Notes under the pieces: generated by a model
Seen by the model: the letters and a program-made list of their open reading frames with translations, nothing else
The model's database searches: none
Told to the model about the DNA's origin: nothing
IMG/VR virus record: IMGVR_UViG_3300032290_001644
Location: 1 to 64,000 of that record
DNA: 64,000 bases
Reading direction: 5' to 3' (one strand)
Origin: a virus
Lineage: Duplodnaviria > Caudoviricetes
Shown: one piece after another, positions 1 through 8,787 of the stretch
Layout: the number at the start of each line of letters is the position of its first letter
Position numbering within the stretch: the stretch's first letter is position 1
Made by a program: the position numbers and the translations under genes

Positions 1-338
1 GATTGATTTGTAGAAAGAGTATCGCTACCGCCTTGACCTTCAGAGATGAATGGAGAAGAGTCAAGACCGTTTTCGATAACGCTGGTATATTCATGAACGA
101 AGTTGTTAGCGGTTGTCTTGGCCAATTTCTGCCACAAAGTGAGGTGCTTTGTTTGGAAGGTAGCAATCGCAAGGTTAGGTTCAATGCTTTGTAAGGCAAG
201 AGGAGATAAAGAGCCATCACCCATTTGTGCTGGTGTTTGATACCCAACGAAACCAGGGGTAGCTTTTCTAATGGCCTCATTCAAACGAACTAAGTCGTTA
301 ATGTGTACCATGTCATTATTTTGTGGTAAACCGAACAT
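1..338 (-). CDS. Major capsid protein, N-terminal part (runs off window; absent from ORF track)
   Basis: Hand translation from ATG at 338 (AGGAG upstream) is open to the window edge: MFGLPQNNDMVHINDLVRLNEAIRKA...LQSIEPNLAIATFQTKHLTLWQKLAKTTANNFVHEYTSVIENG. It resembles SPO1/Twort-type capsid N-termini and follows portal and protease. Confidence 0.8.
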   Translation of the reverse strand, partial: MFGLPQNNDMVHINDLVRLNEAIRKATPGFVGYQTPAQMGDGSLSPLALQSIEPNLAIATFQTKHLTLWQKLAKTTANNFVHEYTSVIENGLDSSPFISEGQGGSDTLSTNQ

Positions 339-347
339 ATGTAGCTC

Positions 348-791
348 CTAGAGATTATATTGTTTGCGAATGTCAGATGGATTGGCACCGATTGTTAAAA
401 GAGATACTGCACGACTTAAATCAGCTTGTCTTGCCTTATCGTTGCTCTTTTGCAATTCGTTCATAGCTTTTTGGATCAAAGCGGGGGAGTCAATGAAATC
501 ATCTTGAGCTTGAGCTTGTCCATTTAAAGGATGAGCTTCTGGAGCAACATGTGTGATTGACTTTTGAATAGGTGCACTTACTTTTGGTTGTGCAAGTGCA
601 TCAACTTTTTGAGTCAAAGCTTCAATAGTTTTTGCCAAAGCTTCAATAGTAGTAGCTTGGGTCTGTAAAGCTTGATCAGCGGACTTGGCAATTTGAGTTG
701 CTTTGGTCATGGTATCCCCTTGAGATGGAATGCTTTTTTTGAGAGCGATGAAGAAATTATCCACCGCATCTTTTGTCATTTGTTTTTTCAT
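348..791 (-). CDS. Hypothetical head protein (scaffold-like coiled coil)
   Basis: Q/A/K-rich helical protein lying between the protease and capsid genes. Confidence 0.45.
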   Translation of the reverse strand: MKKQMTKDAVDNFFIALKKSIPSQGDTMTKATQIAKSADQALQTQATTIEALAKTIEALTQKVDALAQPKVSAPIQKSITHVAPEAHPLNGQAQAQDDFIDSPALIQKAMNELQKSNDKARQADLSRAVSLLTIGANPSDIRKQYNL

Positions 792-793
792 CT

Positions 794-1918
794 TTAATCC
801 TTTACAAAGTACTCTCTAATGATGTCAGCACATTTGCGAGTGATTGATTTCAATTGATCTTCGCTCATTGTAGGAAAATGCTTTTCGATACGAGAAAGTA
901 AATCACGACTTGATACAATAGTAAGGTCTGGAATTGACTTTTTAGCATAGCTAGCCTTGTATCCACCTTGCTTTTGCATCGCATTTTTTAAGCCTTCAAG
1001 AAGACCTTCAAGATAATTATAGACGGCTTCGATGTCAGAGATAAGATCATCCACATCGTCACCTACGGAAGAGTCTTCTAAAGAGTCATCATCTTCATCA
1101 TCATCTTCAGCCTTGTTCATATCATCTTCATCTTCAGACTTAGAGATTTGAGCTTTCTCCGCTTGTTCTTCTTCTACTTTTTTAGCTTCTTGATCGTCTT
1201 CTTTAGATCCTTGATCATCTGCTTTTGGCTCGGCGTTGTCATTCTTTTGAGTCTCCTCTACTTGAGTTTTTTGAGCATCTTCCACGGTTGCATAAGCTTT
1301 TTTCTCATCCTCAGTTTGAGTCATATTTGCTTGTGCTTCGTTCTTTTTTGCTTCATCTTCCTCAAGTGTTTTAAGAAGAGTAGGCTCAATTGTTGTAGCT
1401 TTCTTTCTCATTGTTTCTTCCATATCTGCAATAGCCTTGACCATCAGTTTGGCGTCTGGATTGCATGGGTGAGCGGTAACTGATACATTTAATATTTTTG
1501 CTTTTGTGATGATATTCTCATTTGCTTTGTCCCGCTCAATAACTTGTCCCTCAATAGAAAAGCCAATAGAGCGAGGAGCTTGAACATCCTTCAAAATCTT
1601 AGCCATATCATATGCGTCTTTGGCCTTGGGTCTATCAAGGAAGAGATAGCCTTCAACCGAAGTTTCAGCCTCCCCCTTGATGATCTTAGTAGGATAGCCT
1701 AGAATGTTTTCTGGTCCTGATTGATGCTCCCAATTGAAATATCCTTTATCTAGGAAATAGGTCCAATCAATTCCATCTTGCTTGATGATATCCCCCGCTT
1801 GATCTTCAATCTCGGATGAGACAATACCTTTGACAAAGCCAAGCTTATCATCGGTTTTTGTGCTGTCATCCTTGGATAGATCAATGCTTGTCCATGCGGA
1901 AAAATAGCTCTTATTCAT
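794..1918 (-). CDS. Prohead protease with acidic scaffold-like C-terminus
   Basis: GYFNWEH, GFSIEG and VSVTAHPCNPDA motifs of caudoviral prohead proteases; D/E-rich tail; lies downstream of portal. Confidence 0.85.
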   Translation of the reverse strand: MNKSYFSAWTSIDLSKDDSTKTDDKLGFVKGIVSSEIEDQAGDIIKQDGIDWTYFLDKGYFNWEHQSGPENILGYPTKIIKGEAETSVEGYLFLDRPKAKDAYDMAKILKDVQAPRSIGFSIEGQVIERDKANENIITKAKILNVSVTAHPCNPDAKLMVKAIADMEETMRKKATTIEPTLLKTLEEDEAKKNEAQANMTQTEDEKKAYATVEDAQKTQVEETQKNDNAEPKADDQGSKEDDQEAKKVEEEQAEKAQISKSEDEDDMNKAEDDDEDDDSLEDSSVGDDVDDLISDIEAVYNYLEGLLEGLKNAMQKQGGYKASYAKKSIPDLTIVSSRDLLSRIEKHFPTMSEDQLKSITRKCADIIREYFVKD

Positions 1919-1933
1919 GTATCCAACCTTTCG

Positions 1934-2344
1934 TTATATCGATTGTAGCACTAGGTCTAGGAATGGACTTGACTTTTCGGCCAAAGCTCTTTCATGTTGG
2001 CGAATGATCTTTTTGCACCATGTAAAGCCTGCATCTCCCCCCCAAAGCAGCCAACTAATATAAGCCTTACTCTTACGATCGTTATGATACCCTCGCTCTT
2101 TATAAACCTTATGCCTAGAGAAAAAGGAGTACATTCGCTTGATCGTGTCGTAAGTGACATTCCCATGAATGAGCGAGTTGGCACGAGCTACCCCGCTACC
2201 AATCTTGAGCTTGCCAGCTTGTTGGGTAGTGAGGCCACCTTTGCCACCAGCTTCTGCTCGTAATTTTAATCCACGCTTAGCATTCTCTCTGACCGTCTTA
2301 GGTACTGGATAAGAAAGTTTTGCTTCTGCCATAGTATTTTTCAA
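1934..2344 (-). CDS. Basic head-module protein
   Basis: PVPKTVRENAKRGL...RMYSFFSRH...ISWLLWGGDAG resembles a domain recurrent in phage head operons. Confidence 0.55.
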   Translation of the reverse strand: MKNTMAEAKLSYPVPKTVRENAKRGLKLRAEAGGKGGLTTQQAGKLKIGSGVARANSLIHGNVTYDTIKRMYSFFSRHKVYKERGYHNDRKSKAYISWLLWGGDAGFTWCKKIIRQHERALAEKSSPFLDLVLQSI

Positions 2345-2410
2345 CCTTGTGAAAGTTTTACCTAGAGTAAATTGTTGTTTATTCTTTTCTTTTTGATTGA
2401 TATACGATGT

Positions 2411-3910
2411 TTATTCTTGATCCGATCGACTTGCTACGGTATCAACTGGCGGTGATTGATTAGGCTCTTCTTGTACTGGTTCCGGTTGATTGAAAAGTGG
2501 ATTGCCTATCCTATCTCCCATGGGGTGAGGTGGTAGATCATACTTTGCTCGGATTTCATTCAGAGTCATGAAAGCCATCTTTTTAAGATCCATCTCAAGT
2601 TGCTTATCCTTGGGGATACTATCAAGGCCAACAAAAGTTAACTCGTACCTTGAATCAATTTGATCAATAATGTAGCGATTGATCCAACTTTCAATTGCTC
2701 TAAGTAGTGGTCTCAAACCTTTCTCTTTAGATAAGATTGCTCGATCTTGTACCCCCATGGAGAAAATCGCTGATGATTGACCTTCTACCCCAAAATTGAA
2801 ACCTATTTCAGCTGGATCAATCTGGAACATGGCACAAGTAATCTTCAAGAGGTAATTCATCCATTCTTGATATTCCATCTCTCGATTTGTATTGCTTAGA
2901 TTAATGCTTGAAACCTCTTCATTATTACCTGGATCAAGTTGGATAAGCGGGGTACGCTTGCTATTGCTTGCACCAGTCAGCATGGAATAAAATTCTTTTC
3001 TAAACCGATGAAATAGTGTTGGAGACATCTTTGATTTAATTGCGATAATCCCGCTTGCACTAATCCCGTTCGTAAAGTTATTGCTATTGAAAATTTCCGC
3101 ATTACAAATATGTGTGATGACCTTAACAAGCTCTTCCAATTCGGGGAAACCATAACCTCTAAATCTAATCTCTGATCTAGGTCTACGAATACCCCAACAT
3201 AGATCCAAGGCTTTATATTCTGCCACTACTTGGTTGTTAATCACTTGTACAAATTGAACGCCTTCAGGTGAACGACGGCCTTGCTTGCGTTCTTCCTCGG
3301 TCAAGGCAGATCGTCTAATTGTTGAGCTATCTACATTGAGAAAACCGCAAACATACCCATCACTATTGCGAACAACCTCAAAGCATGCTTGATCAAAGAT
3401 CAGTGAGTCTCTCACAAGCATTCTTAGAAAGCCTTCAAAATCAGTCTCAAATGTAATCCGATTGTCCCCGCAAGATTTAATAAATTCAGTGATTTTTAAA
3501 ATGTTTTGCTTGTCCTCATCCGTAGCCAAAGCCTTACGATCTTTTAAGCGAATTTGAAAGCCCAAACCATCATCCTCATTCACCGCCTTGGCAAATTCCG
3601 CCACTTGATTGATACGGGTATTGATAACGGATGAGATGACTGGTACACGAGCCATGGCGTTCAAGATATCAAAGGTTAGACCCCATGTGCCTCGGTGAGT
3701 AGGCTCAAGATTTACCATGCCAACATTTGCAATATCAGCCGGATTGATTTCCTTGCTCATGACCGTTGGCTTGTCAGTATCTTGCTCCAGTAGACTACGA
3801 GCAAAGGCCTCGGTATTATCTTCTTTTGCAAGTGTTTCCGTCATCGCTTGCTTGAGTAAATTGATTGCTGCTTTGGCAAAAACTTCTAAATCGTCTTTCA
3901 TTTCGCTCAT
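2411..3910 (-). CDS. Portal protein
   Basis: 499 aa; LVRDSLIFDQ, GYGFPELE and FQIDPAEIGF motifs; upstream of the protease. Confidence 0.9.
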   Translation of the reverse strand: MSEMKDDLEVFAKAAINLLKQAMTETLAKEDNTEAFARSLLEQDTDKPTVMSKEINPADIANVGMVNLEPTHRGTWGLTFDILNAMARVPVISSVINTRINQVAEFAKAVNEDDGLGFQIRLKDRKALATDEDKQNILKITEFIKSCGDNRITFETDFEGFLRMLVRDSLIFDQACFEVVRNSDGYVCGFLNVDSSTIRRSALTEEERKQGRRSPEGVQFVQVINNQVVAEYKALDLCWGIRRPRSEIRFRGYGFPELEELVKVITHICNAEIFNSNNFTNGISASGIIAIKSKMSPTLFHRFRKEFYSMLTGASNSKRTPLIQLDPGNNEEVSSINLSNTNREMEYQEWMNYLLKITCAMFQIDPAEIGFNFGVEGQSSAIFSMGVQDRAILSKEKGLRPLLRAIESWINRYIIDQIDSRYELTFVGLDSIPKDKQLEMDLKKMAFMTLNEIRAKYDLPPHPMGDRIGNPLFNQPEPVQEEPNQSPPVDTVASRSDQE

Positions 3911-4377
3911 ATGATATCCCCCTCTTGTGTGACTTTGATTACTTCTACATTATTATCTTTTAGGTAGTCTACACCATCCACCGCCGAATATGATCCTTGA
4001 ATTGTGTAAACCGTTTCTATACCTGAATGATGGATTAGCTTAGCACACATAAGGCACGGTTCACCGCTCACGATCATGATTGAGCCTCTAATATCAGAGT
4101 GATTTCTAAGTGCATTCATCAGAGCATTCGCTTCAGCATGGTGGCAACCTACTTCAAGTTTGGTTCCGCTTTGTACACAATCACGAAGGCAAGAGTTAGT
4201 ACCGCATAGAGCGTGCTTATGTCCCCTTGGCGTTCCGTTGTACCCTTCCGCTAGGATCGAGTTTGAGTCTGGATTTACAATCACCGCTCCAAATTGTCTT
4301 CTAGTACAAGGTGATAAGCTAGCTAGTTGGAGGCACTGAGCAATTCTGAATTTTAAAAATTTAGCTTTCATTAGCAA
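3907..4377 (-). CDS. dCMP deaminase
   Basis: CTRRQFGAVIV, GYNGTP and zinc motifs HAEANAL and PCLMC. Confidence 0.92.
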   Translation of the reverse strand: MLMKAKFLKFRIAQCLQLASLSPCTRRQFGAVIVNPDSNSILAEGYNGTPRGHKHALCGTNSCLRDCVQSGTKLEVGCHHAEANALMNALRNHSDIRGSIMIVSGEPCLMCAKLIHHSGIETVYTIQGSYSAVDGVDYLKDNNVEVIKVTQEGDII

Positions 4378-4862
4378 CCGTCATCAATCCCCATGAGTAC
4401 GGCGTAGTCATAAATCTGATTTGCTAGGCTTTGGATACTATTCCCATATGGCCCACATTTTGGCAAGATCTTACCCGTTGCATAAAAACCGATTGCCTTG
4501 CACTCATCCCCCCCATGATCATCAAGCATCTTCTTGAGCATCAAGACGCCGTTCTCTGCATCACTACACTTTGCACAAGGCTTATATTTAGGCATGATTT
4601 GCATAGCTCCTTTTGCACCTTTATTTGATAGAGCATCTCTTACAAATCGACTCTCATGGAAGGCAATTGATAAAACAAGATATTTATTTACATCGTGCCT
4701 TACTGCATGATCATGCAATTGTTCGCACTGAATGACACGATCCATAAGCGTACGGCCTATTAACTTTTTATAACCAGGTGAGATAGGTGCTTCAGATGGT
4801 GCAATAATTTGCATCATGATCCACCAACAAAGGATGAACGAGTCAGTCATGTTTGAAACCAA
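4371..4862 (-). CDS. Lytic transglycosylase (SLT domain) with hydrophobic N-terminus
   Basis: IAFHESRF (catalytic Glu) and GAMQIMP motifs. Confidence 0.8.
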   Translation of the reverse strand: MVSNMTDSFILCWWIMMQIIAPSEAPISPGYKKLIGRTLMDRVIQCEQLHDHAVRHDVNKYLVLSIAFHESRFVRDALSNKGAKGAMQIMPKYKPCAKCSDAENGVLMLKKMLDDHGGDECKAIGFYATGKILPKCGPYGNSIQSLANQIYDYAVLMGIDDGC

Positions 4863-5457
4863 GTACTTTCATTGTGAGGGGATAAACTTCGAGCAAGAGT
4901 TTTTTGATTGCTTCAGCTCTAGGCCTTACAAACTGCCAATCCGCTCGATCTGGTTCTTCTTGTAGGATTAAGAAGAATGAGCACCACCTATGGATATCAC
5001 CAGTCAGATGACAATCAATATAGATCGATTGAGGAAGACATAAGCTAGCAATATGAGGCTCTACCCCACGATTGATAAGCGTTAGGTATGTCACTCTTGC
5101 CTTATGGATACTCTCTTTTAGGATTAGCTCTGCTTCACTATCTAGAACACCTACCCCACGATTTATCTTTCTATGAGCAATCACTTGTGAGGGGTAAAAA
5201 TGTTCGTTTTCAGCGATATGTACAATCTTTATACCTAGATCGAACTGAAATAGATCCATCACATGTTGGAGAGGCATGTGGTATGCAATTGTGATAGGAA
5301 AAGGTTCGCAAATGTCTTTGATGACGGATGACCAACGCCAGATTAATGACTTGTCCATTGGATCTAAAATTGAGGCATAGCGAGTTAGTGCATAGGTTAT
5401 TTTTGTTGCCAAAAGCTCATCATTGGCACTATGAGCGAGTAAAGAATATTGGTCCAT
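4843..5457 (-). CDS. Degenerate ThyX-fold protein (catalytic motif lost)
   Basis: C-terminal half (YLTLINRGVEPHIASLCLPQSIY...VYPLT) follows the ThyX pattern; the RHR...S-x-R-Y region is replaced. Confidence 0.6.
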   Translation of the reverse strand: MDQYSLLAHSANDELLATKITYALTRYASILDPMDKSLIWRWSSVIKDICEPFPITIAYHMPLQHVMDLFQFDLGIKIVHIAENEHFYPSQVIAHRKINRGVGVLDSEAELILKESIHKARVTYLTLINRGVEPHIASLCLPQSIYIDCHLTGDIHRWCSFFLILQEEPDRADWQFVRPRAEAIKKLLLEVYPLTMKVLGFKHD

Positions 5458-5697
5458 CTAGTGCACCTTGCTACCTAGTAAAGCATCGATCTTGGTTTCA
5501 AGTCTTGCTACGGCGATTTTTGTTTCTTGTAATGCTTCCACTAATTCATGCAAGGTTTGTTGCTTAGCTTCCAAGCTTGCTACCTTCTCTTCCAACTTGC
5601 CTAGTGATTTGGCTTGCTCTTGTTTCTCTTTTAAAGAAGTATAGAAAAGGCCTACAAGACCTAAGAGTGTTGCATAAGTTAAAGTTACTTGTTCCAT
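5458..5697 (-). CDS. Holin-like membrane protein
   Basis: One N-terminal TM helix followed by a coiled coil; adjacent to the SLT gene. Confidence 0.45.
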   Translation of the reverse strand: MEQVTLTYATLLGLVGLFYTSLKEKQEQAKSLGKLEEKVASLEAKQQTLHELVEALQETKIAVARLETKIDALLGSKVH

Positions 5698-6050
5698 AAT
5701 AAGGCTCCAGATATGATTGATCCTGCCAGTACCCCATAAATAAAAGGTTGTGTTGTACTAGGTGCAGGTTGAGTTAAACATGTAGTTAATCCATTTTGAG
5801 CATTGAGTAGCTCTGCTCGCAATAAAGCAACTTGCTCTTGCAATGCACTAATCTTGGCCTTATCCCCCGCTTCATTAACCTTGGTCTCAATATAGTGTGT
5901 CGGGGAAAATAAAACACCTTGATTGAGTACCATACAACCTACTGGAAGTCTTTGCTCTTGCTCATAGATGATGGGACATGGTACATGCTGCTCTGATCCA
6001 GTAGTATTTACCCAAAGACCTAGTTGGAGGATCAAGCCTATCATTTCCAT
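5685..6050 (-). CDS. Membrane/secreted coiled-coil protein (lysis accessory, spanin-like?)
   Basis: Hydrophobic N- and C-termini with a central coiled coil. Confidence 0.35.
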   Translation of the reverse strand: MEMIGLILQLGLWVNTTGSEQHVPCPIIYEQEQRLPVGCMVLNQGVLFSPTHYIETKVNEAGDKAKISALQEQVALLRAELLNAQNGLTTCLTQPAPSTTQPFIYGVLAGSIISGALLWNK

Positions 6051-6343
6051 TCCCCGTCAAGTTTTGAAAGTGCCTCTTCCCTTGCTTCTTGCCTTGCCTT
6101 CTCAATCTTGTTCATCATCATAGTTTCCATGCTTGCAAGCTTGTCATGTATCTCAATCGCTCTATGGATATGATCTTCAATTGCTTTGGCTTGAGCTTTA
6201 CTCTCTTCTTTATTTGTGAATAGGAGCCAACCAATCACGCCTGAAATACCAGTGCTGATCCACGCCATGACATGGGGGAAGTATAAGCATAGGAGCAAGA
6301 GAGTGATAATCAGTGTTGTATATTTAGCGGTAGTGATATTCAT
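6041..6343 (-). CDS. Two-TM coiled-coil protein (holin/spanin-like)
   Basis: Two hydrophobic segments followed by a charged helix. Confidence 0.4.
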   Translation of the reverse strand: MNITTAKYTTLIITLLLLCLYFPHVMAWISTGISGVIGWLLFTNKEESKAQAKAIEDHIHRAIEIHDKLASMETMMMNKIEKARQEAREEALSKLDGEWK

Positions 6344-6427
6344 TTGTATCCTTTGATCTAGATACTCGGATCATATCATAAAGAGCTGGCTGACTATGAA
6401 CTTAGGTGAGGGGGGTATCTTTCTTGG

Positions 6428-7042
6428 TGCAGGGGGGGAGGGGGGGTCATAACCCTTACCCCCTATACAAAAAATTCACTACCTACTCTATACCCCCCCT
6501 ATGTATAAATCACTTTCAATTTACCTTTTCAAAATACCCCCCCCCCTCTGCATGTTTTTTATTATTTATATTACTATTATTCATTTTGAAGATTATTCGG
6601 TTTTGTCGGAGTTGTAGAAGGTCTTTTTAGTGGTATTATACACATGTGAAGGTATGCAGGGGGGGTATGTAATGTATGGGGGGTATAGTGTATTTGGCAA
6701 AAAACGGCGTTTTAATTACCCTTTTTACCCCCCTTAATTACCCTAAAACTACCCTAATATTTGTCTTTTTTGGCTATTTTGGTTGTGATTTTGACCGTTT
6801 TTGAGGCTTAATTACCCTTTTACCCCCCTTAATTATGCTGTTTTTTGCCCAAAAGCTCCCTAATTAGGTATGTTTTCAAGGCAATTAAGCATAAAATTTG
6901 CTGTTTTTTGGAGCTATTTACATACAAACAAGCTACAAATTACCCCCAAAAGTACTAATTAGGGGGTAGTTTTGGGGTAATTAAAAGGGGGAAAAGACAT
7001 ATAAAATAAGTACCCAGCCAGTACACATACCCCCCCTGCATG
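6428..7042. repeat. Repeat element A: G/C-tract-rich non-coding element with paired TAATTA boxes
   Basis: 6428-6835 is an imperfect inverted copy of 38430-38830. TAATTA pairs at 6713/6735, 6809/6830, 6861/6882 (CAATTA) and 6956/6978. ATGCAGGGGGGGTATGT near 6654 and its reverse complement near 7025. Confidence 0.95.
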
Positions 7043-7047
7043 CTATT

Positions 7048-7965
7048 TTAAATTTTTACATATCCATCATTAGAGATTGGTACTTCTACCCATCGAATAC
7101 CAGACCATACCCACTTCCAAGAATTTTGCCCCCCCATTGCTCTATTTATACCAGCGGTACTTGATGAGCCTACAACAGCACTCACAAGTGTTTGAGAGGT
7201 TGGAGGACTTGTGATAGTGACTGTTGCCGTTGTTGAATTATCCATTTGCATAAAGCCAAACCAATCCCCAGCTTGTGTAGGAATAGGTGCGTAAAAAGTT
7301 TGTGTCCAAGATACGGTATTGACCCAAAACTTGTTTAAGGCTTCTGGAGGCATTTGTTGAGCGGTCCCCCAAGAAGTGATTTTCTCACTTACATCTAGTG
7401 TACGCACAACCGGATTGGCATATGTTGTGGCGTCGATTGCATAGATATCGATATGTGATTTATGAGTTGTAGTAATGACGGCCGTGGTTTGTTGGTTGTC
7501 AAAATAAACATTACCCATAGTAGACCATCCAGCACCACGAGCAATGATTTTGACCGTCTTAGAGGATGATGAGCAATCCACAAACAATAAGCCACGATAT
7601 GAGGCATTTGAGCCACCAGGTTGATCAGTCATATAGTGGCTTTGGAATCTCGGGATTGTATCCACGCCGTCTATATTCCATGTCAGATAAGGAGTAGCGA
7701 CATATGTTGTCCCTGATGAGTAGTACATGTATGGATCAAGAACAAAAAAATAGCCAACGGGTAGTGAGATGCCAGCATTTGAAACCGAAACACCTTCAAT
7801 ATACTTTCCTGCATAGTGCTGTTGTCTTGTAAAGAATTGATGCAATTCTACGCCGTCAAGAATACGGGGATTGTATGTTGGATCTTGTACGCCGGCCACT
7901 GAATCAAAACCGGTCTCAATTGCGAAGATCGATTGATTGGTTGATTGAATAGGAATATGCGACAT
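7048..7965 (-). CDS. Tail fibre-associated protein (likely start MSHIPIQ at 7965)
   Basis: S/T/G-rich beta-type sequence downstream of the tail fibre gene. Confidence 0.5.
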   Translation of the reverse strand: MSHIPIQSTNQSIFAIETGFDSVAGVQDPTYNPRILDGVELHQFFTRQQHYAGKYIEGVSVSNAGISLPVGYFFVLDPYMYYSSGTTYVATPYLTWNIDGVDTIPRFQSHYMTDQPGGSNASYRGLLFVDCSSSSKTVKIIARGAGWSTMGNVYFDNQQTTAVITTTHKSHIDIYAIDATTYANPVVRTLDVSEKITSWGTAQQMPPEALNKFWVNTVSWTQTFYAPIPTQAGDWFGFMQMDNSTTATVTITSPPTSQTLVSAVVGSSSTAGINRAMGGQNSWKWVWSGIRWVEVPISNDGYVKI

Positions 7966-7966
7966 A

Positions 7967-8395
7967 CTAAATCTCCATCTCAAGACGAATTGTCCCAGTG
8001 CTACCAGTTGTCGTATTCCAGTTATCCATACTTGTATATGCACAAGATGCAAGGCCTTTGGATACCGGGTAAAACCACCGTTCTGAGACTGTGCTATTTG
8101 TGTACCACATACAACGATTTGGCAAAAGATCGGGGTTTGTCAAAGATCTTTGTAAATGATAATCGACGCCAGTAGCCGTGGCACCTGTATCTGCAATCAA
8201 ACGAATAAATGTTGTATTAAAAGTATTTTGATACCTTGTGTAAGGTCCAGACAATGTGCGATGACTTGTTGTCATCCCTGGATACACAACGCTCGAATTA
8301 CCCATAAACATATATCCATATTTTGAGTTTCTAGATGTTGATCCTTCATAGCTCATAGCGGAAACCTCCAGATCAAGAGTGAAGATGACGGACAT
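7967..8395 (-). CDS. Hypothetical tail-associated protein
   Basis: Position in the fibre operon; S/T/Y-rich. Confidence 0.4.
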   Translation of the reverse strand: MSVIFTLDLEVSAMSYEGSTSRNSKYGYMFMGNSSVVYPGMTTSHRTLSGPYTRYQNTFNTTFIRLIADTGATATGVDYHLQRSLTNPDLLPNRCMWYTNSTVSERWFYPVSKGLASCAYTSMDNWNTTTGSTGTIRLEMEI

Positions 8396-8778
8396 TCATA
8401 TGATCCAGGGAATTGCAATTCACAATCCGCTGGAGCATCAAAGACCAAATGAGCCTCGGCAGTTTGCAATTGGTATGTACCAAGATAACCAGATGAATAA
8501 GGCCTTGATACAATTGGGGATGATGCAAACACTGAGGAATCCAGCGTTGTAAATACGACGGTAAAATAGCGAAGTATAATAGCGGTTGTGGTGTTTGAGG
8601 ATGCCCAATTCCATGTAGCATGATACCTAAATCCGCCTTCAAGTGTTACATATGTCCCGATAGATAAGGGGGTAAAAGTACCACCTTGTAAAACCCATGG
8701 GGGGGATGCCTCGCTTGATTGCCTATTTAGGATACATACGCCAGCATGACCATTAAAATTTTTAATTAAAAAACTCAT
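8353..8778 (-). CDS. Hypothetical tail-associated protein
   Basis: Directly downstream of the tail fibre gene. Confidence 0.4.
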   Translation of the reverse strand: MSFLIKNFNGHAGVCILNRQSSEASPPWVLQGGTFTPLSIGTYVTLEGGFRYHATWNWASSNTTTAIILRYFTVVFTTLDSSVFASSPIVSRPYSSGYLGTYQLQTAEAHLVFDAPADCELQFPGSYECPSSSLLIWRFPL

Positions 8779-8787
8779 GATAAGGCC

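Noticed and set aside
3-194. Plus-strand 63-aa ORF
   Set aside because: It is an antisense shadow of the capsid gene read on the minus strand.
1148-1483. Numerous 60-130 aa ORFs antisense to long genes (this one is an example)
   Set aside because: They are shadow ORFs of recognised genes with no RBS or motifs.
6406-6630. 74-aa ORF similar to the 98-aa ORF at 38595-38891 (apparent paralogues)
   Set aside because: The similarity comes from the DNA repeat itself; the low-complexity translations of homopolymer tracts are probably non-coding.
6700-7000. Possible CRISPR mini-array
   Set aside because: The repeats are short, degenerate and in both orientations, with no constant repeat and unique spacer pattern; no cas1 or cas2.
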